64,000 nt of DNA from Carcharhinus longimanus. Taxonomy: Eukaryota. Below, one piece after another: positions 1 through 11,822 of the stretch. Numbering within the stretch: the stretch's first letter is position 1; every line of letters starts with the position of its first letter. The DNA lies in NCBI GenBank assembly GCA_030264375.1, contig JASCQW010000133.1, forward strand, positions 5,062,671 to 5,126,670, in the 5' to 3' direction. The notes below the pieces were generated by a model that was not told the DNA's origin, did no database searches, and saw only the letters and a list, made by a program, of their open reading frames with translations. The translations under genes and the position numbers were made by a program.

Positions 1-454
1 CAGTCTACTTAACTCTAAGCTATTTCTCCATGCTGTACAGATATATGTGTTAACAGCACCTTTACCTATTGCTCACATAACCATTCTGGCAAATCTTTTC
101 CGCACCCTTTCTGATAATTTCATGTCCTTCTTAAAGTGTTGTGCCCAGAATTGGCCGTTATGCTCTAATGTGTTGTTTGAATTATAAAATGATACAGCAC
201 AGAAAATGTCCATTCAGCCTGTTGTTTCCAAGATGGCTTGGATGACCATTTTTGCAAATCTTTTCCACATGCTCTCCAATGACTTTAGGTCTTTTCGAGA
301 GCCAGCCAGTGACGAGGTGCCAGTTTCCTTTTATTGTCAGTCATAAATTAGTTGGCTGCTCTTTGGAAGAGATGCCCCCTTGTGTTATTTGGGTTGTTGC
401 GTCTTAGGTCAGTCATGTGAGAGACCAAGTCGATTAGGATTACATTCACTGAAG

Positions 455-820
455 CTTAGCAGAGTGAGAGCGGAGCTCGTAGAAACTTATAAAATTCTAT
501 TAGGATCGATTCAGAAAGAATGTTCCCGATGATGGGGAGTCCAGAACTAAGTGTCATAGTTTGAAGATGAGGTAAACCTTTCAGGGCTGAGATGAGGAGA
601 CATTTCTTCATCCAGAGTGGTGAATGTGTGGAATTCACCACCACAGCAAGCAATTCAGGCCAAAACGTCTGATTTCAAGAAAAAAAATTGGATATAATTC
701 TTGAGGCTAAAGAGATTAAGGGATATGGAGGGAATGGGGCATCAGGAAATTGAATTCGATGATCAGTCATGATCAAAGTGAATGGCGGAACAGGCTGGAA
801 GGGCCGAATGGCCTGCCCCT
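455..820 (+). mobile_element. CR1/HER1-like LINE 3' fragment
   Basis: Typical CR1 3' end (GAAACTTATAAAATT...GATCAGTCATGATC...GGAAGGGCCGAATGGCCT), shared with other copies in the window. Confidence 0.75.
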
Positions 821-831
821 CCTTCCACGTT

Positions 832-884
832 ATGAGGTGGGTATGCCGGCGTTGGACTGGCGTAAACACAGTAAAAAGTCTTCT
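832..884. mobile_element. 53-bp terminal fragment of the fold-back (Penelope-like) family, flanked by a 12-bp direct repeat
   Basis: ATGCCGGCGTTGGACTGG...CACAGTAAAAAGTC matches 56408-56455; TCCTTCCACGTT at 820-831 and 885-896. Confidence 0.7.
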
Positions 885-899
885 TCCTTCCACGTTTCC

Positions 900-1290
900 A
901 GCGGCAGTCTGCAGTGAGCGGCTGAACCGCCCGCTCCGGTTACCATGGAAACCGACTCGCGCCCTTCAACCGTCTCCTCCTCTCCGCGAGCGCCCCGGAA
1001 CCGGAAGTGTCGTTACTTTGGTCGGCCGTTGGGTATCATGGCGACAGCCTGAGGGAGGAGGTGGTTGTTTTTGGTGTTCTAGCGCGAGGCCGGCACCATG
1101 AAGACAGTGCTAATGGTAGCCGAGAAACCGTCTTTGGCTCAGTCTATCGCCAAGATCCTGTCGCGGGGTAAGTTAGCCCAGCGGTAACCGGGCTCGGGGT
1201 TTCCGATGAGCGGCGGCGGCTGCTGCTGCTGGTGAACGAGAAGGTGACGCTTTCCCATCGTTTATAAAGCGGCTGATTGCATCGTGCGGA
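900..1290 (+). promoter_or_regulatory. CpG-rich promoter/first-exon island of TOP3B with RFX X-box, tandem ETS/GABP sites and a YY1-like motif
   Basis: High local GC/CpG against an AT-rich background; GTTACCATGGAAAC (939-952) fits X-box GTTNCCATGGNAAC; CCGGAACCGGAAGTG (995-1009); CATGGCG (1037-1043). Confidence 0.8.
1098..1167 (+). CDS. TOP3B: TOP3B coding exon 1 (MKTVLMVAEKPSLAQSIAKILSR)
   Basis: CACCATGA start; TOPRIM motif AEKPS; donor G|GTAAGT; 70 nt. Confidence 0.97.
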
Positions 1291-1414
1291 TAAGCCAAAG
1301 TGCATTAGAGCTAACTTAGAGAGCTTTGTGAAGTTTGCCTCCTGTAGTGATTTTGGCTGATTTAGATTACAGGAACAGCGATTGAGGTGAGTAACCAGAA
1401 AATCTGCTTTTTGA

Positions 1415-1660
1415 TGGTTGAGGATAAATTTTAGTCTGGACGCTGATAATTCTCCTGAACTTCACTGAATAATGACATGGGAATTTTTATGCCGAAATTG
1501 AGCAAGTAGATGGGCCTCGGTTTAGTGTCTCATCTGGAATGTGGTATTTCTTACAGTGCAGCACTCTCAGTTATTATGATGAAGCGACAATTCAGATTAT
1601 GTGCAAGATTGGGGTTTGAATCCATGATGTTCTAATTTGGATGAAAGTCTCACCACTGGA
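1415..1660 (-). mobile_element. Deu-domain SINE (SacSINE1/AmnSINE1-like), decayed
   Basis: CCTCGGTTTAGTGTCTCATCTGGAA...ACAGTGCAGCACTC is the reverse complement of the recalled Deu core; related copy at 58670-59050. Confidence 0.55.
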
Positions 1661-1819
1661 ACAAGCTATCACCTCTTTGCTTTTTTACAGTGTCCCTTTT
1701 TATAAAGCCTAGTGTCTCAAACGTTTTAAAACACTTTCTCAATCTGCTCTGTTACCATCAATGTTTTGCACATAGATGCTCCCATGTTTCTCTGTTTTAG
1801 AAATGTACTCTTAAGTTCA

Positions 1820-3430
1820 TATGGCCTTTCCTTATTCTTCCTACCAAAATGCATCACTTCATACTTCTCTGCGTTAAACTTTGTCTGCTATATATCCACC
1901 CATCTGCCAGCCTATCTGTCTTGAAGCCTGTCACTCTCCTCTGCATAAGTTTTGTGGCCATATGAAATTTTGCCATGTACATCAAGTCTAGGTCATGAAT
2001 ATAGATTTTTTAAAAACTGGTTTTAGTAAATATCTTTGGAACATCACTGTATGTCTTCAGTCCAAAAAGTAACCGTTTACCACTATTCTCTATTTCCTAT
2101 CACTCAGCTAACTTTGTGTTCATACCACTTCTAGATGTTTTCTTCCATGAGACTCAGCTTTGCTGGCAAGTCTATTATGTGGAACTCTTGTCAAACACCT
2201 TTTGAAAGTCGATGTATGCCATATCAACTGTGACACCTTCATTAACTCAAAGAACTCAGTTCAGTTAAACACGATTTACTTTCATGGGCATTCCTTAATT
2301 AACGTTGTTCAAGTTATTGTTAGTCCTGGATTATTATATGAAACCTTTCCCATCACTTAGGTTAAACTGACTGCCTTAGTAAAGACAGATACAAAGTATT
2401 CATTTAGTATTCCAGCTATGTCCTCTGCCTCCAAGCATAGTTCCCTTCTTTTGGTCTGCAATTGGCCTCACACCTCCTCTTATTATTCTTATTATTTATT
2501 TGCCTTTTGAAAACTTTTGGATTTCCTTTTGTTAGTTACCAGTCAGCACTTATACTCCCTCTGCCTCTTTTATTTACTTTATCACTGACCCTCTGAATTA
2601 TCATTGTTAAGCTTGGTTTTCATTTGTGTTATCAATCTGACATCTTTTTTTTTTACTTCATCTTATTTTCTTGTCACCCATAGGACCCTGACTTTGTTTG
2701 CCCTGCCTTACCCCTTCTGGCAATGCACCTTACCTATTCCCAAACCATCTCTTTAAAAGTAGCCCAATCTTCTGTTACAGCTTTGCCTGCCAGTCTTTGA
2801 TTCCAGTTTATCTCGTACAGGTCCATCCTCACAACTTGAATAGTTGGCCACTTTCCAATTAATTATTTTTACTCTAGATTGCGCCTCGTCCTTTTTCATT
2901 GTTACTCTAATGCTATGGTATATGATCACTGTTCCCTAAATACCCTCAAATGACACTTGACCCCACCTCACTGTTCCCTAAATACCCCTCAAATGACACT
3001 TCAAAAACTTTCTTTGCCTCTCCCTATTGCTATTGCTTTTTAAAGTTTTTATTTTGAAAATTAACGTTGCCCACGATCACTACATAGTTCATATACCTCT
3101 CTCTAATTTCCTTAGAAAATTGCTCCTCTGTATCTTTCCAATAGTGGGTAACCCATAAAGTACATCCAGTAGTGTAATGACACTCGTCTGTTTCTTAATC
3201 CTAACCAGAGGATTTCTGCCCTTGATTCCTTCAGGACATCCTCTCCAACACTAACATTCACCTTGATTAGTACTGCCATCCTCTTCTTTCTTTCCCTACC
3301 TTTACTGGACATCTTCTATTTGGAGATATTTAGTATATAGTCCTGCCCTTTTTGAACCAGGTCTCTCTCATCATTACAGCAACATATTTGCATGCGGCTA
3401 CCTGTGCTTGCAGCTTACCAATCTTATTTG
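1820..3430 (-). mobile_element. Old decayed CR1-like LINE
   Basis: CCTACCAAAATGCATCACTTCATACTTCTC is the reverse of the CR1 'KCEVMHFGR' segment; many stops. Confidence 0.55.
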
Positions 3431-3451
3431 CTACACTGTGTACTTACATAT

Positions 3452-3557
3452 AGTAAGAAGTCTCGCAACACCAGGTTAAAGTCCAACAAGTTTATTTGAT
3501 AGTAAACCCACTAGCTTTCGGGATTTGCCCCTTTGCCAGGTGAGTGGAGAGTTCTGG
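3452..3557. mobile_element. Single arm of the fold-back Penelope-like family
   Basis: AGTAAGAAGTCTC...CACCAGGTTAAAGTCCAACAAGTTTATTTG...CTAGCTTTCGG...CAGGTGAGT matches the arms at 26518 and 56445. Confidence 0.75.
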
Positions 3558-3999
3558 CCACGCGCTCTAAAGTGACAGAGTTCATCATCAGTACCTGCAC
3601 TAATGATTGGGGTGATTAAAATTGGGGATGTTCAAGAGGCCAGAATTGAAGGAGCTCGCATATCTGGGAGGGTTGAAGGGCGAGAGAAGTAACAGATAGT
3701 GAGGGGGGAATGGGCTTGGAGGGATTAGAAAAAAAGGATAAGAATTTTAAAACAAGCTTTGCTTGACTGGGATCCAGTGAAGGTTAGTGAGCAATGTAGA
3801 GGAATGACACTTGGTACAAGTTAGGATACAGATGGCAGTTTTGAATGAGTTTAGGCTTATGAGATGTGGGAGACAGGACACTGGCAAGAAATACCTTGGA
3901 ATTGCCAAAGAACAGTTAATAGTCATACAGCTCTAAATTAACTTTCTCAAAACCCAGAGTTAAAATTGGCCCATACAATCGGAATAGAATAAGACTATT

Positions 4000-4985
4000 T
4001 GACCCACCAAATCTACCTGAATTATGATGAAAAGCAGTGCAGTTATCCTACTCGACCTGCCCCCCTGCTTTCCCTGAACATTCATCATTCCTTTTGAAAG
4101 TTGCTATTAAATGTGTTTCGACCTAACAGCCAATCAGGGAGTGTGTTCCAAATTTCAACCACTTGTGTGAAGAAAGTTTTTCCATGTCTCGCCTATGATT
4201 TTTTTTTGCCAGTTGCTTCTTAAATTTGCATGCTCAAGTTATCAATTTGCAGCTATTGGAAACCGACAAATAAAAATAAACTACATAAACCCTCATGATA
4301 TTAAACACTTCTGCTTTAAGGAGAACATTTCCTACTCCAGCTTCTTCAACCTGTTCACGTAATTGCAATCCCTTATGTCTAGAACCATTGCAGTTAATGT
4401 CTTCAGTACCCTATCCACAGCTTTCAATGCTTTCCTAATGCCCACATTGGACAAAATACTTCAGCTGGAGTTATAATACTCTTTTGTATAGTTCAGCATA
4501 ACTTCCTGGCATTTGAGCCCCCTAGTTCTATATATGAAGCCCAGGATCTTATTTGCTTTCATTGATTGCTTTGTTAATCCAACCTACCATCTTCAAAAAT
4601 TTGTCCACAACGCAGCCAGGTCTCACTATTCTTACACACACTTGAGAATTGTATGATTTAGTTTGTACTGTTTCTTCTTATTCCTACTATCAAAATGTAT
4701 CACCTCAAACTCTTCTGCGTTGCATTTCATCTGCCCATTCCACCAACCTGTGTTTTTGAAATCTCTTATGCTTTTCTGCACCGCTTACTACATTTCGAAT
4801 TTTGGTGTCATCTGCATCTGCCCTTTTTATAAAATGGTCTTCAGTTTTGCTAACAAACCTATTTATGGTGCTTNNNNNNNNNNAAATGCTTTTTGAAAGT
4901 CCATGTAATCAACAACTGAACTACTCTCATCCACCCTTTCTTGTCACCTTATCAAAAAACTTACCAAGTTAGTCAAACCAGGATC
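4000..4985 (-). mobile_element. Decayed CR1-like LINE
   Basis: Reverse CR1 RT/3' motifs (CTATCAAAATGTATCACCTCAAAC, GTGTCATCTGCA). Confidence 0.55.
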
Positions 4986-5742
4986 ACTGCTTTTGAGAGA
5001 GGAATAACAAAAAAGCTGTTTAAGATAGGAAAGAAGAACAGTTTGTGTGCCTGATAGCAGGTTACTAACATCAAAGATGCTTTGTAGGTGGCTTCTGTGC
5101 AGCACAGGACTAAATGTCTTTGAAACCTAACAAAGGCATGATGGGCCAAATGGCCTCCTCCTGCACTGTAACATATGAGTCGAGGAAGAAACCACCCTTG
5201 GAACAGAAAACTGCATGCAATGGTGAAATTCTTACCTTAAGAAAATACATGGTTATCCTCACAGTACAGACGCTGCAGATTCCAGAGAAGTTGATGGATT
5301 TGGAAAGCGTTCTAGTGAATTTGCTGTTATGCTTTGTATTTTTATATAAAGGAAAACCACTTGTGTATTAGATCAGAAATGGGCTAATTTTCCATTTGCG
5401 TACATTTCTTTTAGTTACTACGTACGCTATTTAGGTAATGGATAGCTCCTGGATAATAATTGCAATTCATAATAGTTGGTGGATGCTATTGAGATAACAG
5501 TGAGCTTTTGAGACCATTCTAAGTTAGTCATGCTTCCTCAAGTAAAGAATAATTCACAAAAGTTGAATTTGTTATGGTGATTTACACCTGTCCAGTGAGA
5601 CTACACTAGAAATAGTTGGTCCTATGAAACATCTTAATTTTTCAATTCCCAATAATTTTCAAAAGCTAAGCAAGAGGAAAAAGAATGTTTTCCTACCTAG
5701 GAACCTCAGGATGTTTTCTGATGCTGTTGTTGTTTAGGGAAT

Positions 5743-6060
5743 ATAGAATCATAGAACCCCTACAATGCATAAGTAGGTTGTTCAGCCGATGAAGCCTTCA
5801 CCGACAACAATCCCACCCAGACCCTATCCCTGTAACACCACATAGTTACCTCTGCTAATGCCTCGCACACTAATGGTCAATTTAGCATGGCCAGTCAACC
5901 TAACCTGCACATCTTTGGAGTGTGGGAGGAAACTGAAGGACCCAGAGGAAGCCCATGCTGATACGAGGAGAATGTGCAAACCCCATACAGTCACCCGAAG
6001 CTAAAATTTCAACTTGGATCCCTGGCGCTGTGAAGCAGCAGTGCTAGCCACCATGCTACC
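5743..6060 (-). mobile_element. tRNA-derived V-SINE (HE1-like), CR1-type tail
   Basis: Reverse of TGGCTAGCACTGCTGC head, central GTTTGCACATTCTCC...CCAAAGATGTGCAGGTTAGG core, TTCTATGATTCTAT tail. Confidence 0.8.
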
Positions 6061-7221
6061 TCATCATAAGGGGCATGAGATTTCAATGCATTATCGATCT
6101 TCTCACAAATACTTCAATGCTCCTATCCCAGAAAGTGAAATCATCATCCAGAAGTCCATCCCTATGCCCCTAATGAATCTTTGAGCCGTCAAAACCACAA
6201 GATTCTAGGTTTGATTCCCATTCTGTGGTCAATCAGTAGATCCCAGTGAAGCAGTTGTGAAGCTACCACAATCTACATTCTTGAGAGAGATATATTTCTA
6301 ATAAAAAAGATATGGGGAACAGGTGAGGAGGCGGATTTGAGACCAGGGAGCGATCAGTGATGGTCTGAATGAATGGCGGAGCAAGCTTGAAGGGCTGAAT
6401 TTGCTACTTCTGCTCCTAATTCCTATGTTCCTAATTCCTATGTTAAATTGGGAGTGGAAAATTGCGGTTTGTGTAAAAACTGTAGTAATTATGTGAGACC
6501 TAGATTTCTCTTGTCTGTTCTGTGTGATGTAATTTAGTCTGCATTTTGATAGGTTCCAAAAGTCAGTGAACAATTTCAAATAGGTTTTAGTTTTGGACAT
6601 CACTCAGTATTGTAACTGAACTGTTTTCAAAATAAAATGAAAGAAAATTAATCTTTACATATATACAGGGCCTTGAATCATCAGAAATATTTAGAAGCTC
6701 AGCAATGTGAATTACTTTTAGAGTGCCATAACTAGATAGATGTAGTGACCATTTTGTGCAAGCAACAACCTGCAAACAAAATTGAGAAGAATGGCTAGTT
6801 CTGTTGTATTTACTGAGGGAAAAGTGATGACCAGGACAACCAAAAGAACTATTTGCTTTTCTTCAAATTAGAGCCACATGATATTTAATCCCATTTAATA
6901 TACCAGACAGATATTTTTATGTAGAATGCAGTTACTGGTCTGAGACTGGTTGATGCATTTCGGGTATCAACTGGGTTGGACTTCGTATAAACTATTTGGC
7001 CCATGCCTGGATATCTCCTGCCCATGTGAGAACTTTGCACACACACTCTTATACATCAGCCTTCAGATTGGAGCTATCCTTAAAGAAAAGAGAGTTGAAA
7101 ATGATTGAATTTGAATGTGGAGTTTGTAAAGGAACAAACAATCAGCTTGTGAATTTGGTCTCAGCAGTTCCTCTGAAGTTCGCTGTGCACTAAGCTTGTT
7201 TTTCATTTGCCTTCTAATCAG

Positions 7222-7353
7222 GTAACTTCAACTCCCGGAAGGGATTAAATGGCGTATGTTCTGTACACGAGTACACTGGGATTTTCCTGGGTCAGAGTGT
7301 TCGGTTCAAGGTGACATCGGTCTGTGGTCATGTGATGACCTTGGATTTCATAG
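7222..7353 (+). CDS. TOP3B: TOP3B coding exon 2 (NFNSRKGLNGVCSVHEYTG...TSVCGHVMTLDFI)
   Basis: CAG| acceptor, |GTAATG donor; type IA TSVCGH motif; phase matches neighbours; 132 nt. Confidence 0.96.
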
Positions 7354-8229
7354 GTAATGTGGATCCTGGTGTGGTTTTCTTCTATTTGGGAAGGGTAAAA
7401 ATTGTTGTCTGATGTTGAGGGTAATGACTACAGCAGTGGCTGCTTGTAAGTGTATTCCTCAAATGGGTATTCCTCAGTCTGGTTGTTTTTAAAGCTTAGA
7501 TTTTGAGAATATGCTTGTTATTATGTTTAATGAGACTTTGGTGGGGAAGAGACTGGTGCATTAACTGATCACAGATGTGCAGAAAAACATTAAGTTTGGA
7601 CTGTTGGTTTGCGTGACTCTATCAACTCTGTTATCAATTGCTTAGACGTGTTCCTGAAGTTTTCAGCACATGACCTCCAGTTGTCCCATTCCAACAACCC
7701 TTTTCCTCCCATCTCCAATATTTTTCAGACAGAGATGTTAAAGAAAATGAATTAGAAAAATGGTTGTTTTAATGCCCCTCTAATTTTTCTCCTGGGTTGC
7801 CTGCAGCTGCAGCCAGGAGATGGGTCTTGAATTCCTGGAAAATCTAAGACTGTTCTGGAAGGTTTGCATCCCAAAATGTTTGCCCTCCTTTGTATGTTCA
7901 CCTAAGAGTCTGAATGTAAAGTTACAGAGCTGAAGTCTTTCAATCTGATTGTATTATTTTGTATGACACCTTTTTATATTAGTGACTGGCTCCAGTTTTT
8001 AATACCTATGCAACTTAGCAAGGCAACAAATTCCATTTTGTTGGTATAAATGTACATTGGCACTATCAGCAGGTTTTGAATCAAAAAATACAGTTCCAGT
8101 TCAATCTTCATATTACTAGATGTAAACTATTGCTTTCCATATCCTATTAAATCAGGTTTTCTGTTCGTGGTAAAGAGAATGGGGTGGCTGTGCGAGTATT
8201 TAGTTTATCACTGGGTCTTGGTGAACTCA

Positions 8230-8650
8230 TAAAAGTCGTCGTCTTTGGTATTCACTCGCTTATGCGAATGATTGTTCACCTAACACACTCCATATCATTG
8301 GTCAAGGGTTCTGTGGGTCCTTGCTTGGCTGAGGAGCCTGATCCTAGAGCCACATCTTTGACTGCACGCTTTTGGGAGATGGGATTGGTCTTTGGGCTTG
8401 AGATCACTAGTATTCATTTCTCAGGCTCCTTTTCTGGACTTCCTCTTATTATTGGGTGTTTTCAAGGAATTGTGCTCCTCCTATCAGGAGGTTACTCCAA
8501 GTGGGTCTCTTCTGAGCAAGGGCCTCCCAGGCGTTGAAGTCTGTGTTGCATTTCTAGAGGTTCATGATGTCTTTGAAGCACATCCTTTATCCTCCTTTTG
8601 TTCAGGAGCAAATCTTCAAATCGTGATGCTCAGTTGCTGCAAGAATGAAG
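8230..8650 (-). mobile_element. RTE-clade LINE 3' fragment
   Basis: Minus strand reads CFKDIMNL*KCNTDFNAWEALAQKRPTW and CSQRCGSRIRLLSQARTH, resembling the RTE C-terminal WExLA..R..W and CxSRIGLxSH motifs. Confidence 0.65.
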
Positions 8651-9090
8651 TGTCCAGTGGCTTAGTGAAATATGTGAACTGTTGTAATGCCTTTTTAAAA
8701 TTATATTGCTTCCTCATTAATTAAATACACAGATATAGTAGGATTAAGAATCACAGATCTGTGATTGGATTTGAATTGTGATAAAAAGATACCTTTGCTC
8801 CAATGTGACTTACTCTTGGCGGTTGACTGGCACTTGCAGCATGATCTGTCCATATTTTAATCACTCATTAGCATCAGCAAAAATGTTTGCACAGTTTCAT
8901 CATTGGTCCAGTCCATATTGAACTTCTTACTAGCTTTTAAAGTGGGTAACGCTCTGAAACAGGACATGGAAAACATGAATGGGCTTTTCTTGTGCTGTTA
9001 TTATCCCTGCATTTAGTGCTACAACACAATGGGATTACTTGACTTTGATCTTCAAAGGTGAAGCAATCCTGGCCGTGTCTTTATTTTCAG

Positions 9091-9197
9091 GTAAATATAA
9101 CAACTGGGATAAAGTTGATCCTGCAGAACTTTTCAGCAAAGCACCAACGGAAAAGAAAGAAGCCAACCCTAAACTCAACATGGTGAAGTTCTTACAG
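9091..9197 (+). CDS. TOP3B: TOP3B coding exon 3 (KYNNWDKVDPAELFSKAPTEKKEANPKLNMVKFLQ)
   Basis: TTTTCAG| acceptor, |GTACGA donor; 107 nt. Confidence 0.96.
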
Positions 9198-9238
9198 GTA
9201 CGAAAAACAAGAGTCCTCAATTCAAAATGTTTTTCTCA

Positions 9239-9655
9239 NNNNNNNNNNNNNNNNNNNNNNNNNNNNNNNNNNNNNNNNNNNNNNNNNNNNNNNNNNNNNN
9301 NNNNNNNNNNNNNNNNNNNNNNNNNNNNNNNNNNNNNNGTAGCATGCTGCAGCTTTTTGCCTTTTAAATAATAATCCCTCCTACTATTATTTCTGCCAAA
9401 GTGGATAACCTCACATTTGCCAACATTATACTCCATCTGCCAGGTCCTCGCCCACTTGCTCAGCCTATCCAGATCCCGCAGCAGACTTTCCACGCCCTCC
9501 ACGCAATTTGCTTTTCCACTCATCTTCGTGTCATCAGCAAATTTCGTCACCCAACACTCAACCCCCTCCTCCAGATCATCTATATAAATGGTAAATAGCT
9601 GAGGCCCTAGTACCGATCCCCACGGCACTCCACTAGTCACCAACTGCAAATCAGA
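9239..9655 (-). mobile_element. Young CR1/HER1 LINE RT fragment
   Basis: ORF 9236-9685(-): SGVPWGSVLGPQLFTIYIDDL...KFADDTK...WQMEYNVGKCEVIHFGR. Confidence 0.9.
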
Positions 9656-9946
9656 ATAGCAATATAGGTAAGTTCCTTGGAGCATGCATTAATATGGCCC
9701 ATTTTCAATGGGTTCCAGTACTATGTAATTGAACACAGTTCTTTTTATTTTGTTGGATAAGGTTTTGCTCACTATGTTACTACTTATTCAGGAACTATTT
9801 ACTCGTTATCAATAGGTTGAATCTTTATAACACTATGATCTTAGGTGAGAATCAAGTGTTTGTCCAACAAAGTAAATCAAATACTGCTCAGTTAATTATT
9901 TGAACACTTAATGACACTCATTCACTAGTATGTCTGTTTTGAACAG

Positions 9947-10021
9947 GTAGAAGGACGAGGCATTGATTACATTGTGCTATGGCTGGATTGTGACAAAGAA
10001 GGGGAAAACATCTGCTTTGAG
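9947..10021 (+). CDS. TOP3B: TOP3B coding exon 4 ([25 protein letters not shown])
   Basis: TOPRIM acidic DxDxEGE motif; AG|...|GTAAGA; 75 nt. Confidence 0.97.
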
Positions 10022-10139
10022 GTAAGATATTTTATTATGGGACAAGATAATACATATTCATTTGACAGTCCCCAAAACAGAAACTTTCATTTTGGTTACA
10101 AAGGTGAGAACTGAATAAGGATGGACAATTGTAACAACT

Positions 10140-10390
10140 TCTCAGCAGGGACAATCTTGTCCTTCAGTCGTCGAGGTCCCGAGCTCTGGCGCTCCCTCCC
10201 TTTGCCCTTCCATCTCTGCACCTCATTTTTCTTCTTTGAGTTCTTAAAACATACCTCTTTAACCAAACTTTTGATCATCTGACCTAATATTTCCTTATGT
10301 GGCTATTTGTCATATGTTGTTTTAATACTCTAGAAGGCACTTGGGATTTACATTATGCTAAAGGTGTTATATAAATGCAAATTGTTCGCT
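10140..10390 (+). mobile_element. L2-like LINE 3' fragment
   Basis: CTCTGG..CTCCCTCC...CTTAAAACATACCTCTTT...AAAGGTGTTATATAAATGCAA, typical of L2 3' ends. Confidence 0.5.
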
Positions 10391-11488
10391 GTGCTATGTG
10401 ATATTTCTTTGCTATCAAAATCTGATGCTACGCTTTGCATGCAATGAGATAAGTGGCCAGAATGCTGTCCATACCAGTGCACAATTTAGGGCAATTACTA
10501 CTCTCATTTGGATTTGTCAATTCTCACTAAAATTCTGAAAATCACCTTGATTTTAACCAAAATATGTAATAGTTGAGAAGTTATATAATTTTGGGCGTTA
10601 TTTTCAAATTGTAATTCTTGTTGTAGGAGTGCAACTACGTTCGTGATCCTGAGTGGCCTAAAGGCATTGACAATATAGCTCAAAGGCTTGACAATTCCAA
10701 TTTGTTCCCCAGGACATTTTTATGAGAAAAAACAAATAGATAATACTCAGTAACTGGAGAGAAAAAAGAAAGCTTTTGCATTTTGGTTTTATGACAACAC
10801 CATCAGCCAATTATATGATCCCTGGACTGCCATGATGTATATTACGTGCCTTCAAACAAACTATAACTCCATGATTGGACCAGAATAGCTGGATGAATAG
10901 CAAGCAAAAGCTCCAGATATTAGTCTTTCTATGTTTGCTTACATTCACGACAGTTGCATAAAATGCTTGCCCTCAAAGCATGGCCCTGCAAACGTGCCAC
11001 ATTTACCTTAGGTTCACAAATGTACCTGTACGGTCTAGTTGTACACCTTTGTTCACATTATTCACAGTATAATGGTTGGGTGTGAAACCTGAAAGGTTCA
11101 ATTGGCTTTTCAAGTGGCGGGGGCGGTGATATCCAGTCTAATCTTTTTAAGAAATGGTGGCACTTTCCAGCATCATTGCTGGTGTACATTGACATTGAGG
11201 ATTTATAAATGAAAATCCTGTTTGTCAAACCAATTGGAATTTTTTTTGAGGACGTAACTAGCAGAATAGATAAAGGAGAATTGGTTAGCAGACAAGAAAC
11301 TGAGAATAGGAATTAATGGGTCTTTTTCAAAGTGGCAGGCATTTGGGAATGAGGAAGAATAATGTTGCAGAATGACTGTCTGTTGGGAATGTGAAGACCT
11401 CATTACAGACTTGATTAGGTTCACTTTCCTACAATAGGTAAACTTTACATTCAGAATATTGTACTATAATGTGTTTTTGTTTATCCAG

Positions 11489-11685
11489 GTACTTGATGCT
11501 ATTCGACCTGTTATGAACATTCCTCGTGGAAATGAGAGAGTGATTTATCGTGCAAAGTTTAGTGCTATAACAGATAGTGACATTAACAATGCTATGAACC
11601 AATTGGGAGAACCGAATCGGAATGAGGCACTATCAGTGGATGCACGTCAAGAGCTGGACCTGAGAGTGGGATGTGCTTTTACCAG
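11489..11685 (+). CDS. TOP3B: TOP3B coding exon 5 (VLDAIRPVMN...RAKFSAIT...DARQELDLRVGCAFT)
   Basis: Conserved FSAIT and RQELDLRxG motifs; CAG|...AG|GTATAG; 197 nt. Confidence 0.97.
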
Positions 11686-11822
11686 GTATAGCAAAGTTTA
11701 TATGTACAATCTCTAGATTTCATAGTTAAATGCACAAGGCTGGATGCCTTTCAAGCTCCTTCATTAATAGAATTTAATTACAAAGCAGTGGTTTATAGTC
11801 AGTTAATGATGTATATCTAATG

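Noticed and set aside
769-1101. 110-aa ORF upstream of TOP3B
   Set aside because: Spans a CR1 tail, a repeat fragment and the GC-rich promoter; no recognisable protein
1209-1232. (GCG)n(CTG)n tract as coding repeat
   Set aside because: Lies after the exon 1 donor and has only about 4+4 units
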